Shown here: piece by piece, positions 30,333-40,416 of the stretch | How the letters are laid out: each line of letters begins with the position of its first letter | Position numbering within the stretch: the stretch's first letter is position 1 | DNA from: Limnochordia bacterium | GTDB lineage: Bacteria > Bacillota > Limnochordia > DTU080 | Length of the DNA stretch: 64,000 bases | Reading direction: 5' to 3' | Assembly (NCBI GenBank): GCA_050951545.1 | Contig: JBMNJG010000005.1 | Span: 288,001-352,000, forward strand | Notes under the pieces: model-generated | What the model was told of the DNA's origin: nothing | Seen by the model: only the letters and a program-made list of their open reading frames with translations | The model's database searches: none | Program-made: the position numbers and the translations under genes

Positions 30333-33300
30333 CTATGGCTGCTCAACAACAAACGTCACCCTACCTGCGTGCTCTGGTTGCACCCAAAAAAGCCGACGCC
30401 CATCGATCACCCTCGACGCTGGTTCAGTGAGCTCGCCCGACGCGTTTGGCACGAGAAGCCGCGCGTTCTTTGCATCAGAAAGGCTAATCCACACTGGTGC
30501 GGGGGCGGTAAGCAAGAAGGTGCTGGCTTCCTGCCTAACTACAGTCACAGTGATGGGAATCGACACCGTGTCGCCTGCTTTCACATCGTAGATGGTCAGG
30601 TCATCTCCATCGCTGAACCCGCTGGCATCGTCCACGATGAGCCGAGCATAGTTGCTGGCCACCCGCTCGATTACCGCGCTGCCACCGCCACTGCCTACCA
30701 CGAGTTTCCCATCGAAGTAGTTGTTCGGGCCCGCTCGCGTCACATTACGAGCGAAAGGTAGATCCACGAGGTTAGGCAAGGCATTGCCATCAGGAACACC
30801 TGCCAGCTGTCCGCGGGCTAGGACCAGAGTGGACGGGCTGAGAAACACCCGATCATGCGCATTCTCGCGCACCACACGCTCGATGGCATACGGAGTATTG
30901 TGTGAGTACTCCGGGGCGTCCACCAGGAGGCGTGACCCAACCAGCTGGTCCGATAGCGGCACTGGTGCGGCGATGAGCAAGCTACCTTCCTCGGGGTCAA
31001 CCTCCACTACTGTACCTGAAAACGCTCTGTATGGGCTGATCACGCCTATATCCGGCGCCAGCAGCTCAGTTCCCATACTCATGTGAAGTCTATCCGTGCG
31101 ATTATCAACTTGCCGAATATGAGCAAATGGGGCATCCGTAGTTAAGGTTAGACTTCCATCGGTGACACTGAAGCTCCGCTCTGCAAGCGTGCTCAGGAAG
31201 TAGTCCTTCGCCTGTGAAAGATCGACAGCGAAGGCGACGGGTGGTAACCCCTGCTTCGCTTCCGCACTATCGAGAGGTAACGGAGTCACGGCCGAAATCT
31301 GGGATTCACCAGCAAAAGGCTCTATGACAGAGACAAACTGGCTGGGCGCTTCCCCCTCATCTCGAGCCAACACATGCTTGACGCCCATTGGCGAGGGACC
31401 ATCGGCCACGATCACCTGACGACCCTCCTGGGGCAGCATCCTCAGGCGCAAACCAGCTCTGTCGCGATGCGACCATGTGGCACTCCATAGCACATCGCCG
31501 TCAGCTCGTTGCGGGGCTGAAAGAAAGCCATAGCCATTCCCAGGTGGTGGGTTCCAGTAGAAGCCCTCGTGAGCATAGCCCTCGATCTTGCCATCGGGCC
31601 GAACGCGCGGGCCCCACGCATACTCCTCGCTGGCCAGCGAACCGCGTCCCGGTGGCGAAAGCTCCAAACCTACCGCTGTGAAGTTGCGGCCCAAACCATG
31701 GAAAGAGTAGTCACGGCGTGTGCCCCCCGCAACCCGGAAGATGTCAACCAGATACGATTCTGTCTCCGAGGTGTCCACTAGAGCAAGCAGGCGCCGGTAC
31801 AGGCTGACTCCTTCTTTGGCATAGGCCGTTTCGTCAGAGGCATCCACCACACTCAGACCATCCGTGCTAGCAAGGAAGTTGAGACTGCCGCCTGACGACT
31901 CGGCCGAAAGTTGGCACTTTTCGTTGACCACAGCAGCAATATGTGCAACGGTTCGGTACTGCCACCCTACACGGTAATGCGCATCATTGTAGCCTGAGTC
32001 AAATGACAGTTCACGTCCATCTGCGTAGATCATAAGCGCCATCTCATCTCGGTGCCCGTGGTTCAAAGTGGGGCCATAGCGCATGACCGCTCCTCGCTGG
32101 TTTGCCCCTGCTCCCGAACGCAGAAAAACTAGCCCCTTACCGCCCAACACATCTGACACAGGGCTGCTTAGGGTAGGCACAAGACCAGCAGTCTTTACGT
32201 CATCGAGATGAAACAGCTGCCAGATGTTGGTGAGGCGCTCGTTCACGCTACTACCCGCCAAATCCACCAAGACCTGTGCATAGCGGTTGCGTAGGGCCTC
32301 ATCTTCGGCTCGCGCATAGAACCGCGCAGCTTGAGCAAAGGCCGTGGCGTCAAAACCCGCCACCGTGCCGATTTTCGTGTCAGCAGAGGTATCTCCGTAG
32401 GCTGGTACACGACCAGCAATGGTGTTTTTCTGCTTTGCTCCGATATACATGAGCTCAAACTGCGGGTCTTTGTACAGATTAACCCCCTCAGGGTAGTCGG
32501 CCGTGCGCAGGTTGTACAATATCTCGGCGATCTCGAGGTACAATCCTGTTGTGTACTCACCGTACGACGCCGAAGTCTCGTAGTAGTTGCCGTCACGATC
32601 AATGTTGTTGCTTACCATGTTCCGCATGGAAGTGGGGCCGCTAATCGCCCAGTCCACGTACTCGTCAATCCCCAGTAGCGAACCCACGGCCAGGATGCCC
32701 TTGTTGTAGTCAGCCGTACCGTTGTGAAGTGCGTCTACATAGCCTGGTTTGTGTGCTTCACGAAAGCAGTAGTCGGCGCCATTTAGCAGCAGATTGATCA
32801 CGACATTCTCTTTGATGGTGAGAGCAGGATTTGTTGGGGAGGGCAGATCCAGTTCACCACTGTTCCAGATCAAGTCCACTGCGTTGACGTACCACAAGAG
32901 CCTGCGCGCCGCCTGGTAATACGGCCTGTCCAAGCGCCCGCCTTCCCGACCAGGTGACAGGCCCGGGTAGTTGAGAGGACCCTCAACAGCCGTCGGATAG
33001 ATCGTAGCGATCGCATCAAGAATCACTGCAGCGGTGTGCGCATATTTGATATCGCCGCTTAAGACGTACGCATAGGCGAGAGGCTCGAGTCCTTTCGTGA
33101 AATCATCGATGACAAAGCCATTCCACCTGGCCACGAAGTAATGCGTATTGCCCTGGGCGTCTTTCCAGCCCGTACCGTCATCTGGATGCTCCGCATTGGG
33201 CAGCATGCGCCCGCTGCCGCACATCACCTTGCCCGGGGCTGACCAACCTGCAGGACTCATTTTGGTCCCGTCCGGGCAGACGCTACTTATTTCGTACATG

Positions 33301-34175
33301 TAATACGAGTATGGCTTTGGCATCAAGTTGCGGATCGCCCTGTCCGGAAGCCCCATCCACACGGGGCGATTCGCCCGGTTTAGGCTATCCTGGTATATCT
33401 TCTTAGCCCAAGCAGGACCATCATCTGCCAGGTTTTTCCGGGCCCGCTCTATATCGGCTGGTGTGTACAACACCCGCGGATGCTCAAGTTCCAGGTCAGG
33501 CTTCAGAGTGGCGGGGACTGGCCACAGCACCCCCTCGGGCAATACGGTCTTGGGTACCTGCCGCAGTTGCACACCTCCGAACCAGGCACTACCTACATTG
33601 TTAGCCCCATGACTAGCCGGATAGAAATGAAGCTGTACGTCACTGGTACGCGATCCTGTCGTGAACGAAATGGTATGCTCCAACCAACCTTCAGCCTTGG
33701 GCCATAGCAGCTTGTGCCAAATCCCCGTGGCCTGATTATCTTCGTACTCGCGCACGAAGATGGCCACAGTGCCCCCTCGACTAGGATCGTCGGCGCGGGC
33801 CATAGCCCGTAGTTCATACTGCTCTCCGGGGGAGACTGCTACCAGGCCTGAGCGGACCTCTGCATAGCCCGCGGTGTCAGTGTCCTCCATGAAAAGAACA
33901 GACGCGCCTTCACACTCCACGTCGTGTACGATTTGGCCATTTCCAGCCCAGCCTGCGGGCAGACGGCCTGTCACCGTGCCGAAATCACTCCCAAAGATCA
34001 GCTCAGACGCTGAGGCCTCCCCCTGAGCCACACAGAACACCCCAGGGACGAGCAGACATAGGGGCAAGACCAGTACCGCCAACCAGAGCACTCGTCGCCC
34101 GTGCCACCTGGCAAGAGGCCGACCTTGCTCAGCCACAGCGTCATCATCGCTCGTTAGCATCCGGTGAAGATCCAT
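30333..34175 (-). CDS. Large secreted heparinase II/III-like polysaccharide lyase with N-terminal CBM-like domain
   Basis: Signal/TM segment, CBM4/9-like segment (VSPGEQYEL..AWFGGVQL), DGNYYETSASY, PAYGD, NHGHRD. Confidence 0.75.
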   Translation of the reverse strand: MDLHRMLTSDDDAVAEQGRPLARWHGRRVLWLAVLVLPLCLLVPGVFCVAQGEASASELIFGSDFGTVTGRLPAGWAGNGQIVHDVECEGASVLFMEDTDTAGYAEVRSGLVAVSPGEQYELRAMARADDPSRGGTVAIFVREYEDNQATGIWHKLLWPKAEGWLEHTISFTTGSRTSDVQLHFYPASHGANNVGSAWFGGVQLRQVPKTVLPEGVLWPVPATLKPDLELEHPRVLYTPADIERARKNLADDGPAWAKKIYQDSLNRANRPVWMGLPDRAIRNLMPKPYSYYMYEISSVCPDGTKMSPAGWSAPGKVMCGSGRMLPNAEHPDDGTGWKDAQGNTHYFVARWNGFVIDDFTKGLEPLAYAYVLSGDIKYAHTAAVILDAIATIYPTAVEGPLNYPGLSPGREGGRLDRPYYQAARRLLWYVNAVDLIWNSGELDLPSPTNPALTIKENVVINLLLNGADYCFREAHKPGYVDALHNGTADYNKGILAVGSLLGIDEYVDWAISGPTSMRNMVSNNIDRDGNYYETSASYGEYTTGLYLEIAEILYNLRTADYPEGVNLYKDPQFELMYIGAKQKNTIAGRVPAYGDTSADTKIGTVAGFDATAFAQAARFYARAEDEALRNRYAQVLVDLAGSSVNERLTNIWQLFHLDDVKTAGLVPTLSSPVSDVLGGKGLVFLRSGAGANQRGAVMRYGPTLNHGHRDEMALMIYADGRELSFDSGYNDAHYRVGWQYRTVAHIAAVVNEKCQLSAESSGGSLNFLASTDGLSVVDASDETAYAKEGVSLYRRLLALVDTSETESYLVDIFRVAGGTRRDYSFHGLGRNFTAVGLELSPPGRGSLASEEYAWGPRVRPDGKIEGYAHEGFYWNPPPGNGYGFLSAPQRADGDVLWSATWSHRDRAGLRLRMLPQEGRQVIVADGPSPMGVKHVLARDEGEAPSQFVSVIEPFAGESQISAVTPLPLDSAEAKQGLPPVAFAVDLSQAKDYFLSTLAERSFSVTDGSLTLTTDAPFAHIRQVDNRTDRLHMSMGTELLAPDIGVISPYRAFSGTVVEVDPEEGSLLIAAPVPLSDQLVGSRLLVDAPEYSHNTPYAIERVVRENAHDRVFLSPSTLVLARGQLAGVPDGNALPNLVDLPFARNVTRAGPNNYFDGKLVVGSGGGSAVIERVASNYARLIVDDASGFSDGDDLTIYDVKAGDTVSIPITVTVVRQEASTFLLTAPAPVWISLSDAKNARLLVPNASGELTEPASRVIDGRRLFWVQPEHAGRVTFVVEQP

Positions 34176-34283
34176 GACACCCCTCCTTGAGACAAACGGT
34201 CATTTCAGCTTGTTGTTCATCCGAATGGCGGCATCTTCCTTTGAGAATCCCTCCACGTTGCGTGGCCCCAGGGGACGCAGGCC

Positions 34284-34600
34284 GGTTACATCGCCCAACT
34301 CGGCAAGAAGGGGGCGATGCCCATCGATTTGCTTCCGTCAGTCGCGGACCCAGCTGGTGAGTCGGGGCCCGGGTCGGTTACATCGCCCGATTTGGCAAGA
34401 AGAGGGCGATGCTCACTGGTTTCTCCTCCGTCAGTCCCGGACCCGGCTGGTGAGTCGGGGCCCGGGGTCGGTTACATTGCCCAAATCGGCAAGAAGGGGG
34501 CGATGCCCACTGGTTTCACTTCCGTCAGTCCCGGACCCGGCTGGTGACTCGGGGCCCGGGGTCGGTTACATTGCCCAAATCGGCAAGAAGGGGGCGATGC
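34284..34600. repeat. Tandem array of 92-94-bp units (three full, one partial), each with two hairpins
   Basis: GGTTACAT at 34284, 34376, 34470, 34564; CAT(C/T)GCCC..GGGCGATG stem and CCCGG-ACCCGGCT..AGTCGGGG-CCCGGG stem. Confidence 0.92.
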
Positions 34601-34887
34601 TCCAGTTTCATCTTCGATCACAGGAGGCCGACCAGGCGACGAGGCGGGTTCTGGGCAGGGCAAGATGGCTATTGGGCGGAACATTGTGATTTCGAGGCGG
34701 TTACGGCAGGAAGCGCAGCGCCCGTTGGCGCACCACGGGTCTGCTATTGTCACGACTTGTGCCGAGGGCACCGGGCGAGGGCATAGGGGCACCTGCTCTA
34801 GCGAGCGGCAGCGAGAGGTTGCTGAAACCCCTACTGTGAAGGGGGACAGATGATTCGAGGCTATGGCGCGCTCTTGGCCGTCGTTGG

Positions 34888-35991
34888 CTATTCGTTGGCG
34901 GCGTCACTGGTGGGCGCCCAGCCACCCTTAGCCGTCTCGCGGTAGAATCGACTCCTCAGATCGAGGTACCTGAGGAGTTTCTTGTTAAGGTCGCTTCGCA
35001 ACGGCAGCAGTTGGCCAGCCTTGAACTTCATGGTGAGCCAGGACAGGTCCTTGGCATGGATCACAACCAACGTGACGTTGTTCTTCTCACACAATTCACG
35101 CTTGGTCTTGTCACGTTCCATCTGCTTAGCCACCACGTCAGCCGAGAACCGTTTGGTAGGGGTGTAGTGTTGTGGCCCGTTAAACTCAAAAGCCACCGCC
35201 TCGAGGTCATAGTGGCGGTCGAGCTCCAGTAACATGCCAGTAGCCGGGTTGACGAGAAAACGGGGAGACGCGTTGTCTTTGTGGTCATCGGAGTCGAAAA
35301 TAGCCGATAGGTATTCCTGCATCAAGGCCTGTCCGAAGAACTCAGCCTCGTCGAGTCGCTGCTGCGCCGCTAGCAGTTCATCCATGTACTTGCGGGCGAC
35401 CGGGTTGCAGAGGCTGAAGTAAATGGGAGCCTGCTTGTGCTCTTGCTGCATCTCCAGCCAGCCCAGCTTCGCCAGTTGTCGAGCGGCCCGCTTGACCGTC
35501 TTGGCGTCTAGACTCATCATCCGGGACACAGATGCATATGTGAACACGCCCTGCAGATTACGGTAATCGAGCGTGGCCTGCAGTGCACCATAGACCACCT
35601 TGGCCTGAGCACTGACTTCGGTGGCGATGATCAGCTCAGTAGGCATGACCACCCTTGGCCCCGACAGCTCTCTTGCTGGGGCCTGGTTGACGCCTGTGGG
35701 CAGATTGTACCAGCCCTCAGTGGTTAGCTTTGCCGTAGCCTTGCGGACGGTGGGTCGGGACAAACCAGTACGAGCAGCCAAGCGAGTGGGCGACAGACGA
35801 GCTCGCTGCCCCAATTCAGCGTCGAGTGTGAGGGCCAGCCAGACTACCTTATCCGTCGCTCTTAACTGGCTAGTGAGCAGCAACGAGATCGGCACGCGAA
35901 CCTCTTCGATATCCAAGGGCGCCACCTCCAGCCAGAATGTCTGTTCGGTTCCCGAATAAATGTTCGACACACTCCGGTAGAGTTCCTCCAT
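34888..35991 (-). CDS. Tandem winged-HTH protein with C-terminal Vsr/DUF559-like PD-(D/E)xK-superfamily endonuclease domain
   Basis: Two internal repeats (KVVWLAL..TGLSRPTVRKATAKL..GW; KVVYGAL..MSLDAKTVKRAARQL..GW) then FLVNPATGMLLELD..AFEFNGPQHY..RDKTKRELC. Confidence 0.72.
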   Translation of the reverse strand: MEELYRSVSNIYSGTEQTFWLEVAPLDIEEVRVPISLLLTSQLRATDKVVWLALTLDAELGQRARLSPTRLAARTGLSRPTVRKATAKLTTEGWYNLPTGVNQAPARELSGPRVVMPTELIIATEVSAQAKVVYGALQATLDYRNLQGVFTYASVSRMMSLDAKTVKRAARQLAKLGWLEMQQEHKQAPIYFSLCNPVARKYMDELLAAQQRLDEAEFFGQALMQEYLSAIFDSDDHKDNASPRFLVNPATGMLLELDRHYDLEAVAFEFNGPQHYTPTKRFSADVVAKQMERDKTKRELCEKNNVTLVVIHAKDLSWLTMKFKAGQLLPLRSDLNKKLLRYLDLRSRFYRETAKGGWAPTSDAANE

Positions 35992-36138
35992 GAAAAGGTC
36001 GATTCAGACAAAACCAGAGGCGGCGTGCGCCCAACTCTTCAAAGCGAGGCGGGCTGGTGTCTGCGCTTTCCAGTCGTGATGGGTGGCACTGAGTAGAGTG
36101 GTCGGACGTGATCGGTCGGCGTGGGTCTGCACATGCCC

Positions 36139-36288
36139 GTTACATCACCTGATTCGGCAAAAGGGGGCCGATGCTTACTGGCTGCGCCCCCTCGGACAGC
36201 CACAGAGGTATCGACCGGGCGGAAGAAGGCCGATCCTCGGCACACGAAGACGGCTATTCGGCGGACCTGCACCTCCTTGGGAGGTTAC
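36139..36288. repeat. Degenerate direct repeat of 34565-34704
   Basis: GTTACATCACCTGATTCGGCAAAAGGGGGCCGATGC plus tail CACAG..CGACC(G/A)GGCG..AAGA(C/T)GGCTATT(C/G)GGCGGA..GGTTAC shared by both copies. Confidence 0.8.
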
Positions 36289-36448
36289 AACCTGACATAA
36301 GGGCTCCGCTGGCAAGGGATCACCCCCTGAGCAACAGAGTCTGTCCACGAATCTCCCCTACTCATCCAGCCCCCTCTTGCTACCCTTATGTGCTAAATGA
36401 TACACTGTTCAGTACAAAGGGCATACCAATACATGGAGGGGTTATATA

Positions 36449-37771
36449 ATGACAAGGGGCACGCTCGGGAGTCAAGGATGCCTGCGACATGTAGCGTTCG
36501 TCATCAGTGCCGTGCTGCTACTTATGATGATGTGTGGAGAGATTGCGGCAGCTGCACCTAGGGTGCAAGTGGTGCATCTCAGTGGAAGCCACGGAGTGGA
36601 GTTCCACCAATACCTAGGGGAACGCAAAGAGGCCTTCGAGAAGCTCAACCCCAATATCGAGGTGGTCATTGAGATTGTGGCAGGCAACTACACCGAGAAG
36701 GTGATGCTCCACGTCGCCAGTGGCTCTCAGGTGGAAGTACTAGATTCTACACATAGTTTCATGGTGTTTGCGGGTAAAGACATGCTGGCCGACTTAGCTC
36801 CCTATATGCGTGCCGACAAACGCAGCTTAGACCGGGATATCCTGCCCTTTGCCAGACAACTCCTAGAGCAGGATGGGCGCCTATTGGGGCTTCCCAGCCA
36901 AGTCTACAACGTTGGAGGGATATTCAACCAAACGCTCTTCAACGAGCTGGGTGTGGTTGACCCAGCTGCGCTGGGAGATGGATGGACATGGGATGCATTG
37001 CGCAATATGGCCCCCAAGCTGGTGCATACCACGCCCGACGGTGTGACCGATCGCTACGCCGTATATCTAAGCACGAGCATTCAAGACATGGGGCCGCCCG
37101 TGTATCAGGCTGGAGGTACGCTATTTGATAGCTTCTTGAACCCGCAGAAGAGCCTGCTCAATACAGAACCTGCCCGTCTGGGTTTGGGTTTTTGGGCAGA
37201 ACTCTATCAGAGGGGGTTTGCGAGTCCCTTCAGCGCACCGAACTTCTTCGGCAAGCGTTCAGGTTGCATCACCCTGTACGGTGTATCAGCCTATGCGGCG
37301 CAATACATGAGAGATGTCGGAGATGAGTTTGTGGCAGTCCTGCAGCCCAAGGGGCCCGCACGTCGTGGCGGGCATACTTTCTTTGGCCCATACCAAGTTG
37401 TGTCGTCCTCAGTGCAACAGCAAGCGGCGTACAAATGGATAGCCTTTTTGGCCCTCAACGAGGAATCTCAAGCCAAGATGATGCACGCCACGGGGCGCAC
37501 ACCAGCCTATCCACCCGTCCTGCGTCGCCTAGAAGCGTATACCTCCACTGATGAGCCGCATATACGGCACTTCCTTCTGCAGTTCCGCGATGTCTCCATT
37601 CACGCTGACAACTTCCCCCATACTCTGACCGCCGCCGAAGCCGATATCAAGAGAGTATTCGATGGCGCCTTTGCTGAAGTGCGCACGGGGAAAAGGCCCT
37701 TTGAGGGCTTCTTAGAGACCGTACATCCGCTGGCCCAGTTAGCCCTTAACCAGGCCCACGGAGTGGAATGA
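36449..37771 (+). CDS. Sugar-type ABC solute-binding protein
   Basis: Signal peptide, VVHLSGSHG, WTWD, QPKGPARRGG shared with 27684-28979. Confidence 0.87.
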   Translation: MTRGTLGSQGCLRHVAFVISAVLLLMMMCGEIAAAAPRVQVVHLSGSHGVEFHQYLGERKEAFEKLNPNIEVVIEIVAGNYTEKVMLHVASGSQVEVLDSTHSFMVFAGKDMLADLAPYMRADKRSLDRDILPFARQLLEQDGRLLGLPSQVYNVGGIFNQTLFNELGVVDPAALGDGWTWDALRNMAPKLVHTTPDGVTDRYAVYLSTSIQDMGPPVYQAGGTLFDSFLNPQKSLLNTEPARLGLGFWAELYQRGFASPFSAPNFFGKRSGCITLYGVSAYAAQYMRDVGDEFVAVLQPKGPARRGGHTFFGPYQVVSSSVQQQAAYKWIAFLALNEESQAKMMHATGRTPAYPPVLRRLEAYTSTDEPHIRHFLLQFRDVSIHADNFPHTLTAAEADIKRVFDGAFAEVRTGKRPFEGFLETVHPLAQLALNQAHGVE

Positions 37772-37803
37772 CGCCAATGACCGACGGACGACTATCACAG
37801 GTT

Positions 37804-37830
37804 AGGCGGGGGTCTTAGCCCCCGCCTTTT
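37804..37830. terminator. Intrinsic terminator
   Basis: AGGCGGGGG-TCTTAG-CCCCCGCCT followed by TTT. Confidence 0.75.
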
Positions 37831-37850
37831 CACACCATACGTGACCCTCT

Positions 37851-39095
37851 CTACTTGCCAAAGACGGCCGCAAAGTCCATCTCCAGGAGACGTTGTGCCT
37901 CATCAAGGGCTGTCTTCGGTGCCTGCCTAAGCTGCACAACACTCATCATGGCCTCCCTCGTACGATTGTAGATGGCGGGAAACCACAGCGGAGGACGCCC
38001 AAAAGCCACGTTTGCCTGGAGAAGCAAAATCGCCTGCGACGCGGGTAGTTCGTGACGAATCAGGGGGATAGCATCCGTACGCGTAGGCAGCGCAGCCGAC
38101 AGCCGCCACCAGGTGGCCTGCACCTCTTTGCGCGCCAGCCAGTTCATAAGCACTTTTGCCCCCTCCATGTTGCGCGCCCCAAGTGGCACAACATGCGCCG
38201 TCCCTCCCATCCAGGTCCCATTCTGACCGTAGTCTGGGTGCGGGACTTCACCTACGCCGTAATCGAGGCCTGGGATGCTCACCTCAATCGTACGACCATG
38301 ACCGATGTAATGGGCCTCCATGGCGGTCCTGCCCTTATCCACGCCATGCGGAACGGCCCCCACGGCACTCACCGAATAGCGTTCACCGTAGGTCTGCAAC
38401 CACTCGAAGCCTCGCACATGGTTGGGCGTGTTGACGACAGGTTGTTTGGTCGTGGGGTCATACAGAGCACCACCAAACGTGTAGAGCCAGCCCACAGCGT
38501 ACCAATTTCCCAGCCACGGGATGAATCCGAGTTGCGTAAACTTGCCCTCGGCATCACGCTTTGTCAGCTTCCGAGCCATGTCATCCAGCTCAGAAAGGGT
38601 GGCTGGTCCACGCGAATCGTCCATTCCGCCTTCAGCTATCAGATCCTTGTTCCAAAAAAGGCCTCGAATATCTGTGTCCCATGGTACTCCGTAAGACTGG
38701 CCCTCGTGGCACACCTCACTGTATGTGCCAGGTAACCAAGCGCCTTTTACGGAGGTCTCCATAAGCTTGTCGATGGGAAGGAGCAGACCCTTGTTCGCCC
38801 ATTCGATGATAATCGACCGCTCGAACTGCACCACATCCTGTGGCGTGCCCCCAGCGATGGCCGTAATGAGCTTGTCTGGGCTAGAGCTCCCTCGCACCAG
38901 CTCGACCTCGACGTTCGGGTTGTCCCTCTTGAACTGCTCAACGAGTTCCAGATAGGCATCTTCTATTCGCCCGGTAGAACCATACCAGTTGTACTGGTAG
39001 ACCACCTTGACCTTCCCTGCACTAACAGCTGACGCCAGGCTGAGCAAGACACAGAGCACAGCGACCACGACCGATCCTCTACACGCATAACGCAT
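37851..39095 (-). CDS. Sugar-type ABC solute-binding protein
   Basis: Signal peptide, YQYNWY, KLITAIAGG, GEVPH..NGTW shared with 11147-12412. Confidence 0.88.
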   Translation of the reverse strand: MRYACRGSVVVAVLCVLLSLASAVSAGKVKVVYQYNWYGSTGRIEDAYLELVEQFKRDNPNVEVELVRGSSSPDKLITAIAGGTPQDVVQFERSIIIEWANKGLLLPIDKLMETSVKGAWLPGTYSEVCHEGQSYGVPWDTDIRGLFWNKDLIAEGGMDDSRGPATLSELDDMARKLTKRDAEGKFTQLGFIPWLGNWYAVGWLYTFGGALYDPTTKQPVVNTPNHVRGFEWLQTYGERYSVSAVGAVPHGVDKGRTAMEAHYIGHGRTIEVSIPGLDYGVGEVPHPDYGQNGTWMGGTAHVVPLGARNMEGAKVLMNWLARKEVQATWWRLSAALPTRTDAIPLIRHELPASQAILLLQANVAFGRPPLWFPAIYNRTREAMMSVVQLRQAPKTALDEAQRLLEMDFAAVFGK

Positions 39096-39142
39096 CTCGA
39101 CCCCTCCTTGTCGACTATTTACTCATCATCCGTCTGCATGAA

Positions 39143-39169
39143 GGGTATTAGTTATAAACGCTAATACCC
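39143..39169. promoter_or_regulatory. Inverted repeat upstream of SBP (operator or leader hairpin)
   Basis: GGGTATTAG-N9-CTAATACCC in an AT-rich intergenic segment. Confidence 0.4.
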
Positions 39170-39297
39170 CTTAGAATAGGGCGCCTGTCTACGTCCAGCC
39201 TACATTAGTATGATTACTTTAGCCGTGACTGGAAGCCTGCAATGTTTGGGAAATATCGTGGGGAGGTACTCCCTTCCAGGAGTCGCGTGAGCCGCCT

Positions 39298-40416
39298 TCA
39301 ATACCTCCCGTATTTCAGACCTGCTTCGATGTAGGCAACGTAGTTGCCCTCTGTCTTGGCGGCCAATGGCACGTTGATGGGGGCCGCTGTAGGCATCAGC
39401 ACAAAGCCACCGCCCTCTGCCGCCTCATCGATGGCTGTGCGCACGAGCTGATCGATCGAATCGGGATCACTGTTTTCCAGCTCCTTCAGTTCGATGTTCC
39501 CGAAAAGGCAGAGCTCGCGCCCATGGCGTCGTTTCACCTCGGCCAGCGTGATGTCGCCATCGGGTGGGGGCTCGATCGGGTCCAAGCCCTGCGCACCAGC
39601 GCTCACAATCTGGTCGAGCACCGCTCCTACTTTTCCATGGCAATGGACACGCGCAAAGCCGCGAGCCTCACGGATGGCTGTGCACATCCGCGTCACATAG
39701 GGAGTCACAAGGAGGCGGAAGTAATCGGGTGAGAGATAGGGCGGGGTGGCGTATTCCGGCCCACAGATACGAAACTGCACTCCTTGCACGTCATAGGCCA
39801 GGATCTGGCGTAGCTGATGCATCTGTCTTTCATGGATCGCATCCAGAAAGTACCGGATGCGTTCGGTCTCGGTGATCGCATGGACCAAGAACTGCCCCAT
39901 CTCAAAGAGTGCTGCCGCTTCACAGATGGGATCACTTACGCTGATCATCATGACACCACGATCTCCCAGCTTCTGTTGATCTTCGTAGAAGCGTGTCATA
40001 TCCACTTCCGGCGGATACCAAGGGATGGCCAGATAGCTGTCGATATCCTCGATCGACTTCAGGGGATGCTCCAGGGTCCACGTCGTATGCACTCCGTCAT
40101 CGACACGGTGCAGGGATTGCAGGCTCCCCTTGGGCGTATGCCTCACCACTCGGCGGTATTGACTCGCCCCTTCCCTCCACGTCTGCACCTCTACACGAGG
40201 GGCCGGCTCATCTCGCTTCGCTACTTTCCAGTTCACACCTGTCATGTAGATGCAGTCTGTCTTCGCTCGAATCGTGTCCATCAGGCGACGATATGACGGC
40301 TCCTTGTTTTCCCACGAGTTCTCGTTCCAACCGACCAGTTCGTATGTAGATATGGGCACTCGATCCGCCGTTGTACAGGCCATGGCCGCTAGCAAGCGAG
40401 CTCGTGATGATGTCAT
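39298..40416 (-). CDS. Uroporphyrinogen decarboxylase / MtaA-CmuA family protein
   Basis: MTSSRARLLAA..DRVP start behind GGAGGAG, HCHG, DPIEPPP, CLFGNI, GGGFVL. Confidence 0.8.
   Translation of the reverse strand: MTSSRARLLAAMACTTADRVPISTYELVGWNENSWENKEPSYRRLMDTIRAKTDCIYMTGVNWKVAKRDEPAPRVEVQTWREGASQYRRVVRHTPKGSLQSLHRVDDGVHTTWTLEHPLKSIEDIDSYLAIPWYPPEVDMTRFYEDQQKLGDRGVMMISVSDPICEAAALFEMGQFLVHAITETERIRYFLDAIHERQMHQLRQILAYDVQGVQFRICGPEYATPPYLSPDYFRLLVTPYVTRMCTAIREARGFARVHCHGKVGAVLDQIVSAGAQGLDPIEPPPDGDITLAEVKRRHGRELCLFGNIELKELENSDPDSIDQLVRTAIDEAAEGGGFVLMPTAAPINVPLAAKTEGNYVAYIEAGLKYGRY

Noticed and set aside
34284-34600. CRISPR array
   Set aside because: Sequences between the hairpins are near-identical rather than unique spacers, and no cas genes are present.
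34174-34792. ORFs across the repeat array
   Set aside because: They are translations of a GC-rich repeat with shifting frames and no family signal.
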